A DNA stretch of 64,000 nt, taken from NCBI GenBank assembly GCA_951406725.2, contig OX597826.1, positions 59,830,001 through 59,894,000 of the forward strand. The letters are read 5' to 3'. The stretch is from Octopus vulgaris (Eukaryota). The notes beneath the pieces were generated by a model. The model made no database searches and was not told where the DNA came from. It was given only the letters and a program-made list of their open reading frames with translations. Shown here piece by piece: positions 40,113-52,836 of the stretch (its first letter is position 1; each line of letters starts with the position of its first letter). A program made the position numbers and the translations under genes.

Positions 40113-41083
40113 CAATAATAAAAATAATGACAATAATAACACGAACAATAGTGATATTAAATGTTAATAATGGTGATTACTATAATGATATAATTAATAA
40201 TAATAATCATGTTTATCGTGAATTAAAATGATGTTGATAATATTAAACTGCAACACCAATAACAATAATAGGAATGACTTATTTGTCACGAGATGATGAA
40301 GTTGATGATGATGATGATGGTGATGCTAATGATGATGATGATGATGATGACGACGACGCGTCATGATGATGATGATGATGATAAGAAGAAGAGCAAAAAT
40401 AATAATAATAATGATAATGACGATGATGATCATGATGATCATGACGATGATTTAATTTATTTGCCATAATAATAACAATAGCATTAGCAACAATTACGAT
40501 AATAATAATAATAATAATAATAATAATTTATTTTAATTGCCACAGGGGCGTCGATGAGGGGAAACATCACAAGGATAGTCTATAATGTGTGTGCGTTTGG
40601 GTGGTGGTGTAGTTTGCATAAAAGATGAAGGAAACAAATGGAATCAACGATGAATTGTGTTAGAGGTATATACACAGTTTTACAAAGTATGTGGAGGCAT
40701 ATATGAATGATTAAGAACCCTCAGCCAGGGCCAATCGAGGAACCTCACATATCCAGGATTAGTCTGATCAACAAAGGTCTCGAGAATTCGATCAAAAGTT
40801 GTTCTTCAATCTACAGACGCATGCTTAGAGTAAGCACGCTTCAATAGCGCTTTGAACATTTAGTCAAACAAATCGATCCTACCCTTGATACATATCAAAC
40901 ACGTTTGCCGAAGCTCAAATTTAGGAGTACGTAGGGGAGAAAACAACGGTTGTCAAGCAAGAGCTGGTGAGAGACAAACACGCACAAGATACATACACGC
41001 ATAGAAACTCATAAATACATGCATATACACTCAAACACTCATACGCACATACACGTGCGTGCACACTCGCATATGTATGTATA

Positions 41084-41109
<26 letters not shown>

Positions 41110-41114
<5 letters not shown>

Positions 41115-41323
41115 TCTTTTACTTGTTTCAGTCATATGACTGCGGCCATGCTGGAGCACCGCCTTTAATCGAGCAACTCGACCCCGGGACTTATTCTTTG
41201 GAAGTCCAGTACTTATTCTATCGGTCTCTTTTACCGAATCGCTAAGTGACGGGGACATAAACACACCAGCATCGGTTGTCAAGCAATACTAGGGGGACAA
41301 ACACAGACACACAAACATACACG

Positions 41324-41391
<68 letters not shown>

Positions 41392-41559
41392 TACGACGGG
41401 CTTCTTTCAGTTTCCGTCTACCAAATCCACTCACAAGGCTTTGGTCGGCCCGAGGCTATAGTAGAAGACACTTGCCCCAAGGTCCCACGCAGTGGGACTG
41501 AACCCGGAACCATGTGGTTGGTAAACAAGCTACTTACCACACAGTCACTCCTGCGCCTA
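41110..41559 (-). mobile_element. SINE family B, most complete copy
   Basis: ggcgcaggagtgactgtgtggtaagtagc..gggttcagtccc (B box)..cttggggcaagtgtc..(TA)n..tail ending gtaaaagagtaaaagag. Confidence 0.9.
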
Positions 41560-41947
41560 TATATGATTTATAATGACAGTTGCCGTATCGATACAGAATA
41601 GTACTAATATAGCAATTTTTCTATTTAACTTAATGTAGATCTACTTTCAGAAGCCTATGAATTTATGATATTCACGTAATAGAGCATCTCGTATAATGCC
41701 ATAGAGCAGCGGCTATGGAAGTACTAGGTCGGGTCATTTCAGCATATTTACGCTTCATCCAACGCCAGTCCCTGACATATTTGATCACTGCTAATATTTT
41801 GTGCTTTTCAGCATTATACATTCTCAAGACGAATAATACAGTTCCATGGCGATCTTATACTGTATACACGTTAAGCTGGATGTATGCGTGTAGCGTGCGT
41901 GTGTGCTTCTATGTGTTAGTGAGTTTTTGTATACATGTATACACACA

Positions 41948-42061
<114 letters not shown>

Positions 42062-42330
42062 GTAAATCCAAACATTAAAGCACAAAAAACACAACAACGC
42101 GAGGACTTGGAACAAATATAGTATTATTGGACGCTCGGGAAAGAAGGAAAGGAGGGATTAACGTTTCGAGCGGAGCTCTTCGTCGGAAACATAGGAGAAG
42201 GAAAGATCCAGAGAAGGGAAGACAGAGGGAAAAAATCGCCTACGGTACACACGCGGTTACACGTACACACACATACACAGACACATACACACACAAAAAC
42301 ATACAAAGGAAGACACACACATACACATAT
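42062..42330 (-). mobile_element. PLE-type pseudo-LTR fragment next to (TA)n
   Basis: Contains an HHR motif and a T/G-rich tail ending at a (TA)n tract. Confidence 0.55.
42156..42190 (-). ncRNA. minimal hammerhead motif with U4C core variant
   Basis: gttt-CCGACGA-a-GAGC(tcc)GCTC-GAAA-cg-TT-aatc; palindrome AACGTT at stem III. Confidence 0.6.
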
Positions 42331-42964
42331 AAGGTCGCGCAGCCGAGTAGTTCGGGTGTTGCACTGATGATCGCAAGGTTGTCGATTCAGCCCTGGACCT
42401 GGTGATGTGTTTTGCTCCTGAGTAAAACTACCCATTTCAGGTTTCTTTGCAATCACTTGGACATTTGACGGGTGACACACTGTTCACCTCTTCAGGAAAC
42501 GTCGTTTTAATGGAGGGAATTAGCCAATGTACAATGCCTGTGCTTGATCATACTAAACATGTAAAATTGGAAGAATTATGGGTTGTTTTCAACGGGTGAT
42601 TCCATAATATATATATACATTCGGTGGATTTCTTTTCGTTTCCGTCTACCAAATCTACTTCTAGGGCTTTCGTGGGACCAGGGACATAGAGACACTTTCC
42701 CGAGATGCCGCTCAATGGGGATGAACTCAGGATTTCATGGTTGGAAAGCAAGCCTTAACACCACTCAGCCTCTGAAGTGCTGTTTTATTTTTGATTCTTT
42801 TAAATTTTTATATTGCAATTTATATAAATATATGAGTTATACATACATACATACATACATACATACATACATACATACATGCATGCATACATACATACAT
42901 ACATACATACATACATACATACATACATACATACATACATGCATGCATACATACATACATACAT

Positions 42965-43072
<108 letters not shown>

Positions 43073-43145
43073 CAGTATCCATTAACAGAGATATTATCGA
43101 TAATATGAATATCAACCAAATATTTTCAACCACATAGTTTCAAGT

Positions 43146-43254
43146 TCATTCCCAAGCGTGGCAGCATGGGCAAATGTTTTCCACTATAGCCTCGGGCCGA
43201 GGAGACACGATGCGTAGATTTGGTAGACGGAAACTGAAAGAAGCTCGTCGTGTA

Positions 43255-43299
<45 letters not shown>

Positions 43300-43520
43300 G
43301 TGTGTGTGTGTGTGTCTGTGCGTGTGCGTTTAGACATTTATATGTGTGTTTGATTTCGCCCCCGCTTTTCTAACATCATCTGAGAATTGATGTTGATGTG
43401 TTTACGTCTCTGTAACTTAGAGTTCAGTAGAAGAGTCCGACAGAATAAGTACTAGGCTTACAAAGAAGAAGATGTGGGTTCCATGTCTTCGACTAAAATG
43501 ACTGAAAGAAGTTAAAGAAT
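43146..43520 (+). mobile_element. SINE family B, degenerate
   Basis: actatagcctcgggccga..tggtagacggaaactgaaagaagctcgtcg-(TA)n..cagaataagtactaggcttacaaagaa. Confidence 0.8.
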
Positions 43521-44904
43521 AAAAGGATAAAAAACAGAAAACCATTCTTGATTTTCCTTCACGCATTGGTATGAAGATGTAGAATGGTCGAAACATGTGA
43601 ATGGAAAGACATTAGTCAGATTTCGTAATTTTTTACGAATCATCTTATTTTTTTCGAAGGAGGTTCTTCAGGTTTACCGTTATTTTTCTTGAGCGAAGCT
43701 AACGCAGATCAGATCGAGGACATATTTAGGATCTGTTGGGTTTCTTATTTGAGACGAAAGTGACTAAGCTAAAACATACTGACCTACTGCCCCACGTCGG
43801 TGACGAGTGGGAAACACTAGACTTTGATGATGAAATCAAGACTCTAATGTTGTTGATGCTGTACCCTAGATATAGAATGGTCTCTCGAAGAGACATTCAC
43901 AAAGAAAAAATTCATTCCTCTCTATTTATTATAGGCACAAGGATCGAAATTTTGTGTTACGGGGAGAGTCGAAATGCTAATCATTTTGTCCGGCAAGCTA
44001 TAGATTTTATTAGCTCGCTGTTTTATTGATTCATAATGGTTTCAAATTTTGACACAATGCCAGCAATTTGTAGGAAGGTCAGCAATTTCTGGGGACGTAC
44101 TTACTTTATCGACCTCGAAAGGATAAAAGACAAGTCGACCTCGGTGGAATTTTGACTCAAAACGTGAAGACTGACGAAGTACCGCTAAGCGTTTTGTCTG
44201 ACGTCGACTTTATAGATTCGCATAATAATACTTTCTACTAAAGGCACAAGGAATTAAATGTGGGGTCGGGAGTCTAGTGGATTACATCGACTGCCAGTGT
44301 TTCGCTGGCACTTAACGATGGATGAAATGGCGCTTAACATTTCTGTCAGCATGCCGCCATATTGAAACATATAATAATGAAAACAATCTGTAGATTTATG
44401 CATCGGTATTCGTTAAAACATTGGTAGAGTTTTCCCACATATTCTGAATTTAAAAATAGGAGACTGTGTTGTAATGTTACTGCGAAATTTAAATAAAGCT
44501 AATGGACATTGTAATGGAACGAGAATTCAAATAACCAATTTACATGAACGCATAATTGAAGGTGACATTGTTACTCAAGTTGAACCATAGAAAAAAAGTA
44601 ACAGTTCACTGCGAAGGGAATTAAACTGAGATTTGACACCACACCGACATTCATCCGTCTCCAATTACAGTTTCAAGTTCAAGTTGCGTTGGCATTCACA
44701 ACCAATAAATCTCAATGCCAATGATTGAGAAAGAAAGGTTTGTTCTTCGAAACATTTCTGTTTGTGCTTAGACAATTGCATGTTCTTTGTCAAGAACAAA
44801 TGTGAACTACACTGTCGCAGAATGTAAGGGACATGAAGTTTTGCAAGTGTAAACATGACTCAAACGTTTCTTCTAAATTGTGTGTGTATTTGTGTGTAAA
44901 TTTT

Positions 44905-44999
<95 letters not shown>

Positions 45000-45003
45000 C
45001 ATA

Positions 45004-45039
<36 letters not shown>

Positions 45040-45045
45040 TGTATG

Positions 45046-45098
<53 letters not shown>

Positions 45099-45103
<5 letters not shown>

Positions 45104-45243
45104 GCACGAAGCTTTGTCAGTGAACAGGTCGCGGTCTCAAAGAGACGAAAATATTTTGACAAATTGAATTTTAATGTTGGAGTGAATCTAACGGTTTTGT
45201 GTATTTCTTAAATGGCTTATAAACACCTTCCACGCTGCAATTG
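45099..45243 (+). mobile_element. HHR-bearing mini-element, copy 1
   Basis: Between (TA)n tracts; inverted homologue at 45653-45797. Confidence 0.75.
45113..45163 (+). ncRNA. hammerhead-like RNA with swapped G3:C8 core pair
   Basis: tttgtca-GTGAACA-g-gtcgc..gagac-GAAA-atat-TT-tgacaaa: 7-bp stem I and palindromic stem III AATATT. Confidence 0.6.
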
Positions 45244-45264
45244 TTATATATATATATATATATA

Positions 45265-45559
45265 TAGGCATATAGTACTCTCTTGTCGTTAGACGACGTG
45301 TGAGGGTTCGTCGAAAATTTCTTATCGTACAACAACACAGATGATTTATTTATAGTGATCAAATGTTTGTGTAGACATAAGATCATTCTCTCCATCAAAT
45401 CGACACTACCTGTACAGCTGTAACTGGGTGCCACATGTCATATATCGAAATGGTCGAAGAGCAAGTGAAATGAAGTGCTTTGTTCAAGAACACAACGCAC
45501 CGCCCGGTCTGTGAATCAAACCCACGATCTCGCAGTCGTGAGTGTAACACCTTAACCAC

Positions 45560-45561
<2 letters not shown>
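45265..45561 (-). mobile_element. SINE with head D and a tail resembling the 17651 copy
   Basis: agtggttaaggtgtt..gaccgggcggtgcgttgtgttcttgaacaaagcacttcatttcac; 3' end gaaccctc..gtcgtctaacgac..gagtac. Confidence 0.7.
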
Positions 45562-45589
<28 letters not shown>

Positions 45590-45594
<5 letters not shown>

Positions 45595-45797
45595 CGGAGA
45601 TGTTCTTGCATAGCAAGTGACCTGATCTGAGATCGTGTGCTGGAACGAAAGCAATTGCAGCGTGGAAGGTGATTATACGCCATTTAAGAAAGATACAAAA
45701 CCCGTTAGATTCACTTCAACATTTAAATTTAATTTGTCAAAATATTTTCGTCGCTTTGAGACGCGGTCTGTTCACTGACAAAATTCCGTGCTGCATC
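45590..45797 (-). mobile_element. HHR-bearing mini-element, copy 2 (HHR at 45733-45782, also with GTGAACA core)
   Basis: tttgtca-GTGAACA-gaccgc..gcgac-GAAA-atat-TT-tgacaaa on the minus strand. Confidence 0.75.
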
Positions 45798-46016
45798 TGA
45801 GACAGTAACAGTTAGTTCATGATATATATGTACATTTTTGTATGTATGTATGTATGTACGTTTGTATGTATGTATGTTTGTATGTATGTATGTATGTATG
45901 TATGTATGTATGTATGTATGCATGCAAGCATGCATGTATGTATGTATGTATGTATGTATGTATGTATGTATGTATGTGCGTATGTATGTATGTGTGTACA
46001 TGTATGTGCGCATGCA

Positions 46017-46237
46017 AAGGCGGTGAGCTGGCTGAATGGTTAGCACGTTGGTCGAAATGCTTAGCAGTACTTCGTCCGTCGCTAAATTCTTAGTTCAAAT
46101 TACTCGGGGTCGACATTGTCTTTCATCCTTTTGGAGGGAATAAGTTAAGTACCAGTTACGCACTGGAGACTATGTAATCGGCTTAATCTCTCCCCCTAAA
46201 TGTGAGGACTTGTGCCTATTATAGAAATGATTATTAT
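46017..46237 (+). mobile_element. SINE family A
   Basis: aaggcggtgagctggctgaatggttagcacg..ttagttcaaatt..tttcatcctttt..aagtaccagttacgcactgg. Confidence 0.85.
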
Positions 46238-46379
46238 TAATATTGCTAGTAGTAAAAATGTTGAAGATTATGACGATAATAACCACGGCAATGGTGATGT
46301 ATAATATTAATACTAATGGCGATTATAATATCGATGTTAATGTTCACATTTTCTTGTGCACAGATAGACACACACACAC

Positions 46380-46428
<49 letters not shown>

Positions 46429-46450
46429 CATATGTATATATATACATACA

Positions 46451-46484
<34 letters not shown>

Positions 46485-47084
46485 GCTCTCTCAGTGTGTA
46501 TGTGTTTTTCATACGTATATAAATATATATGTGTCGCGCTCGCGCGCGTGTCTGTGTGTAAACATTTGTGAAAATATTAACAATAGCAATCTGTTATAAG
46601 TTATTAACAAGAGTGTTAAAAAATAAAAATAATAAAAATAAAAATTCTATGCAATAGAGATCGCAGGAGTTAATTTAAATGGTATTTCTGATGGCCTTTC
46701 CTAATGAATTTTATGTAATATCACCCAATAAATATTTATAAACATCTACGTGTTATTTCGATAAATACTCTATAATGACGCAACATGATCAGAATATTTT
46801 ACGACATACATAAGTTTTGCCGGATTGAAAATTTCAAAATATCAGGATTTTTCATAATCATTGCAGCCAAGAGTTTTTTTTGTACTTATATTTTCAATGT
46901 TTTTATTGTAGAGGTGGAGGAGCATCGCTTACTGGACAGGTGTTTTGAACTGCTGGCCCTAAAATTCTGGTTTCGATTTCTGAACTGCGTTGTGTTCTTG
47001 AACGAAACATCATTTCACGTTGCTCTGGTTCGCTTCGCTGGCAAATATGACAAAACTTGCAACGGATAAGCATTCCTTCACGTG

Positions 47085-47125
<41 letters not shown>

Positions 47126-47180
47126 TAGATATATATATAGGCACAGGAGTGGCTGTGTAGCAAGAAGCTTGCTTCCCACT

Positions 47181-48140
47181 ACGCATGCATTGTTGTCAGC
47201 GTTGTGCATATAACTGAGAGAAGTAACCAAGCTGTGTTCAGCTGGTGAAAAAAAGCTCAACTGTAAGGTAAGACTTTTGTTTTTCGGGTCCAGCTGGGGT
47301 TTGTTATTTGCGATAATTATTTTTGTACAAGCAAGGAGTTTTCACTAGACTATAAACTCTGGTCTGCCTGCAGTTGAGCAAAATGGTTCACGTTAAGTGA
47401 ATATTATTTTCTCACTTAATTGTGAGAATTGTTGCTTGGGGGCATATCGCGCCTCTTATAAACTTGTTCACTTTTTGGAATTTTCAAAATAATTATGACA
47501 ATTGCTGTTTTGGGTGAGTGTCTTGCCTCTGAGGATTGAACAACTAGTATACTAATTTTTGTGGTATGCCAAGTTATGTTTCAGTTGTGGCGTTCCGGAT
47601 TCGACCTTGGCCGGGAGTACCTAGTGGCCGGAAGATTTTTTGCTGTGTTTTTGAAGTATAGGCTTTCCTTCTTCTAAACTTTTTTGACTTTCTTTTTTCG
47701 TGAATTGTTTTCTTTTCTTCCTTCCATTTAATCGTGACTTTCTTCTGTTTTATTTCTTTTTAAGATTTATTTTGAACTATTTTCGAACAGTTATTACATA
47801 AAAAAAACATGGCAATGAAAAAGACAATGTTTTGGAGTGGGAAATTATACCACCGAAACAGTGGTTGAAAGACCTTCTAGAGAGGACGGTGGTATTAAGG
47901 ACTTACTCCAAGTCGCTCGATACCATCGCCCTATTTGAAAGGACTGTAATTGAGAAGGAGTTGGCAGAGTATTTGCCAACAATTAAATTCATTTCCAGGG
48001 GTGTCAAATATGCAAAGGTGTGGTTGCTATTTGACACACCTGAAGAGGCTTGCAAACTTGCGAGCCAGCCCTTAGAGGGCGAAGAAATTTTGTTTCTTCC
48101 CACGTATTAAGGGAAGAGGTTAACAAAAGTTTGGGTCTTC
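47181..48140 (+). mobile_element. LINE (Tx1-like) 5' UTR and ORF1 N-terminal fragment
   Basis: LERTVVLRTYS..IEKEL..IKFISRGVKYAKVWLLFDTPEEA..LFLPTY*GKRLTKVWV is an RRM-like ORF1 pattern with an in-frame stop; family assignment from recall. Confidence 0.5.
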
Positions 48141-48159
48141 AGGTTGCAGACGTGGGTAA

Positions 48160-48609
48160 TAATAGATTATTAAATACCTAATGTTTAAATATTGTTTGAT
48201 AAATTCGTTCGAAATTTTTACCGGCATCCTCTCTGTCGCCGGGTATGATTTGTGTCTACGCAGAGGTTTGAAAAGTTAGGATTTACAAACCGTTAGATTT
48301 ACATGTGGATCTAGCAGTCTGGACGTCAGGATTATGAAGGCTGTCCCACTGAAGAAACGTGCCTTCGGCGAATATTTTTTTGCTAGAAATAGTTAGAAAC
48401 CGTCGGTCTGGGATATAGTTGAGATGGTAAATGTTTTTAATTTTCATTCCTTTCGTGAATTTATCCCTTTTTTGTGTTCTAGCACAACGCTTTCCTATTT
48501 GGAAGCCTCTTATTGTATTTCTGTATGAATAATATATAGTTTAATGACTAATTCGTTGTTTGTGCTAGGCCACTGGTAATAATAATTTATTATTACCCTA
48601 TTTTATTAT

Positions 48610-48612
<3 letters not shown>
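48160..48612 (+). mobile_element. PLE-type pseudo-LTR ending at (TA)n
   Basis: Contains an intact HHR core and a T-rich tail. Confidence 0.55.
48342..48415 (+). ncRNA. type I hammerhead ribozyme with long stem II
   Basis: tgtccca-CTGAAGA-aac...gtt-a-GAAA-ccgtcgg-TC-tgggata: 7-bp stem I, stem III ACCG-t-CGGT, GUC site. Confidence 0.8.
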
Positions 48613-48643
<31 letters not shown>

Positions 48644-49662
48644 CCGCATCAAGTTTTCAATACAGCACGAGGTGAAAGGAGAATAGACAAATAAGACCAG
48701 TAAAAATTGGATAATTTCAGACCCTGGATTTCTGGCTCTGTATAAAACCATACTTCACGTTGCTCCTGCATGGCCACAGTCAAATGACTGAAACAAGTAA
48801 AAAAGTATATATATAATTTCAAGAGAATAATGATAAGATCGTTATATTAAATATCGCCTGTTCTTAAAATTAGTTAGAGTTCATTAATCTTAAAGTAGTA
48901 CGCGTGTTTTGAGTATTATCGCGCGCGTGTCTGTATGAGTTTGTATGCGAGTGTGTACTGCAGCAAATAACTGCAAGAAAGCGTACTCAACCCCGGATGG
49001 CTTGATAAATAATGTCTCCAAACAGAATTAAATTATTTCTCCTCTTTTACGACAGATTTCTTGCAAGACAAGCCACATTTTTGACACAGTTTGAAGTAGG
49101 AACGGCACTCATCAAGTCAATGGCATTAGTATAATTTATAATCCAAACAACTGGTTGAAGCAGGGTTTCCTTTCAAGATACCTACGGTAATGGAGTAATG
49201 GCGCACAGAGTGTGTACGCACTTGTGCTTCTGTGTATCAACACATAAATTTAATCGTCTCCAATAACATAAAAAACAATTATATATCATCGGGCATGCTG
49301 AAAATATGTACAAATATATATATTCTACTAAATTAAACGTCAAGTTACAAGTATGAGAAAATACTTTTTCTTCATTTCCGAACGTACTTGTATTGAAATG
49401 TTTTCTTGCGCTACAGTTTGTGGGATTTAAAAAATATATATTTTATCAATACTATTAAGAATATTGTAAACAACTCCCGACTTCCATATGAAAGCCATCT
49501 ATCTATGTACACACATATAGGTACAAATATGTACATATGTATATGTTTTATATCTATATGTGCGTGTGTGTGTGTTTCTGTGCGTATGAATATATGCATA
49601 TATGTACACATACATACTCTTATATACTCACAAACCTATATATATATATTATATATATATAA

Positions 49663-49730
<68 letters not shown>

Positions 49731-50691
49731 TATATATATATTTATATATTCATATTCTATGTATATATAAAGTATGTATTTATGTATGTAGCCTTATATG
49801 TGTACATACATATGTGTGTATCTGTGTTTGTGAGTCTGTATGTCTGTGTATGTTCGTGTGTGTTTGAACGAATATGTATGTATTAACGTATGTATGTATC
49901 TAAGAAAGTATATACGTATATACTGATTCTAATAGTAGTACAGTCTGTGTGTATCATATGTGATTGCATGTGATTATGATTTTAAACTTTCTCATTTTTA
50001 TCGTGTTCTATTACACATTTTTTTTTCAGCTCCATCCTTTCCAAAAATGCTATATTTCTAGGTCTTTGTAACTGCGTAGTTTTTGCATTTTATTTTAAGA
50101 TTCATCGTTTATTTGTTGAGTTTGCTACGAAATTTTTTTCCAAGTGTTGATGTTTGCTGATAAAATCCGGGGAATTTTACCTTCGAATTCATGTGAACAT
50201 AAAAACTGATACAAGAAGATATTGTTTCCCAACGTTAAGTACCACCTCACATTATTCTTTTACTTTATTCCATTATATATTCGTGTGTTCACAACCAAGT
50301 TGAAAATACTTTCATAGATATTCTCATTCGTAAGAAGTATACGTTCGCGAAAATGTTGAATTTCTTTACTCATATTTTTGCTTGTGTGTTTGCGTGAATA
50401 AGTACCATGAGTGAACGTTTCATATACATATGTGGTGCTTATGAGCACCTGTACTTATATCACTAGCGGAAGATAATCGTCATCTTTCATCGCAGGAGCA
50501 CCAGATTGCCAGATTTCGTCCTACCTTGCCCTTGTTTATGTCAGACAACCGAGACTCGGGATAGCAGCGATTCCCTCGTGAGAGATATATATAAAATCTC
50601 AATATCTATTCAAGCTCTGTTGTAACGAATAACGAATGTCGTTATTAAAATGTAATTAAAAGCGACAAAAATAGTATTAATACGAAATGAT

Positions 50692-51129
50692 ATGATTTAT
50701 ATCTACTTAAATGTGGACAACCCTAACAGTATCAAATTTATGTCTAATAATTCTAAGATTACGAATTCTATATACCAATGTAAAATTTCTTGCGGTACCG
50801 ATGTCTATTTCTATATTGGTGCTTCCTCTTCCCAGTTATCTAAGAGAATTTCTCATCATTATTCTTCATTTATGGATAGCAGTAAACGTTATAGCACAGG
50901 ACTAAGTAAATTGGTTTGGTATCTTAAAGACAACAATAAGGATTTTAAGTTAGATTGGTTCATCCTGTCCATCTCTTTCCCTTATGACAAGGGCAAAGGA
51001 TTTTGTAACATTTGCAACTCTGAACTCTTCCATATTCTTTTCTCTAAGAATCACCTTGTTAACACACTCATAGAGCGATCTTACAAATGTAAGCACTGGC
51101 AGAAACATACCTTTAGCTCATATAAGTGA
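50692..51129 (+). CDS. PLE GIY-YIG endonuclease domain (5'-truncated element, probably non-functional)
   Basis: SIYQCKI..YFYIGAS..LSKRISHHYSSF..STGLSKLVWYLK..LDWFIL..PY..G..FCNICNSE..KCKH. Confidence 0.8.
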   Translation: MIYIYLNVDNPNSIKFMSNNSKITNSIYQCKISCGTDVYFYIGASSSQLSKRISHHYSSFMDSSKRYSTGLSKLVWYLKDNNKDFKLDWFILSISFPYDKGKGFCNICNSELFHILFSKNHLVNTLIERSYKCKHWQKHTFSSYK

Positions 51130-51392
51130 TTTATACCAGCCTGTTTAGTATGAACATTTAGTTCACCTTGCACTTTACTTTAATAGAGAAATCTACTTCC
51201 AAGCCTTTGAACATGTTTTCATCCAATATATCCCTCTTTATTTGTTCTCTACGTATTTCTTTACCCCTTCTCTTCCTATGGTCTGCCTTTCACGTCAGAT
51301 CTACTAACAGTTTTTTTAAACTACTTCAGTTTGTCATTTATGCACTCATCAAAATTGTTATAATGTCTTGTTGTTGAGATAGGTTCTCTTTG

Positions 51393-51476
51393 TTTCCTGA
51401 TGAGAAGATTACATTATTTTACACCGTTTATTCCTTTGCAATAAAACCAATGTTGTCTTCGAAACATATGTCGAAA
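51393..51476 (+). ncRNA. type I minimal hammerhead ribozyme
   Basis: tttc-CTGATGA-gaagat.acatt...aatgt.gtcttc-GAAA-catatg-TC-gaaa: palindromic stem III ACATATGT, GUC site. Confidence 0.85.
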
Positions 51477-51670
51477 GTAAAAATATTTGAATAATACCTG
51501 CTTTCAACTACGTTTATTTACTTATACTATACAAATTACTGCACATTAACCCGAGTTTCTACCTTTGAATAGGTCGCTACATCTTTGTTACTTGTGTGAA
51601 TTTTGCTACCCTGGTAACTGTTCATTGAATTTTCCGTGTTAACTGTAAACAAAAGATAATTCATTCATCC

Positions 51671-51709
<39 letters not shown>

Positions 51710-51712
<3 letters not shown>

Positions 51713-51819
51713 GGTCCCGTGTTGAGTCGGGGTTAACCACAGTAAATAAGGTACTCAATACATGATGATTTCTTTTGAATGAAACAGTTCTAGTCCTGTA
51801 GAAGCTCCTTCTATAAAAT

Positions 51820-51823
<4 letters not shown>
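51710..51823. mobile_element. mini-element in (TA)n, same family as 35322-35485
   Basis: taggtcccg.gttgagtcggggttaaccacagtaaataaggtactcaatacat joined to tgatgatttcttttgaatgaaacagttctagtcctgtagaagctcc. Confidence 0.75.
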
Positions 51824-51902
<79 letters not shown>

Positions 51903-52642
51903 GCACATATATGGTGTCTGAAACACGATTTCCAGCTATCGCTTGATTGTTGTCCAAACACATCTGAAGGGTTCGACAAAATCTCTACATATGTGGCAAG
52001 ATTGGACTCCTTTTGCAACAATTTTTCTGAGTGCTTACCAAATATGATAACATATCTTCATACCACCGTTTTATTTTTGTGGTTTGTAAAAAAAGGCAAA
52101 GTATGAGAACTTTGAAGCTGGTAGCTACCACAATGTATTATGCGACAGCTTTGACTGAAAGGAAGCATTACCTATACATGATGCGTATTTGAAAGTGAGG
52201 AAATGCTGTGGTCAGGGCTGTTCCTCATATGTAACCAAAGTATGCTTTTACCATCTTAGAAGAACTAATCTATAATATTGGAAGGAAACAAATTTTCAGG
52301 TGTTGCATCAGTTTTTCTTCTCATGTTTAGAAGTCTAAACAAAGATGAGAGTGTGTGTTTCACTCCAACCTATGAGGCGTCTGTTGAGTCTAGTGGTTTC
52401 ATCCACCTTTTGCAGGTTTAGACGCCGACAGTCCAACCATGTGGCAGAGTGTAGTGGGTTAAATGTTAGCAAGATCACTAAGAGTGGTTTGAAACATATA
52501 CATACATGCATATATACGGGCATACATTCATACATGCATACACACACGCACACAGACGCACAGACACACACACACACATGTATATTTATGTATATTTTCA
52601 TCTTTTATTTTTAGATTGTGTCAGTTATTAGATTGTGCTATG

Positions 52643-52682
<40 letters not shown>

Positions 52683-52688
52683 ACATAT

Positions 52689-52721
<33 letters not shown>

Positions 52722-52733
52722 TATATATATGTA

Positions 52734-52836
<103 letters not shown>

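Larger units (their letters stand above)
50640..51671 (+). mobile_element. Penelope-like element 3' portion (GIY-YIG domain plus pseudo-LTR with HHR), ending at (TA)n
   Basis: GIY-YIG ORF followed by the HHR at 51393-51476. Confidence 0.85.

Noticed and set aside
40528-40800. Possible LINE 3' UTR on the minus strand
   Set aside because: No coding evidence and no second copy to support it.
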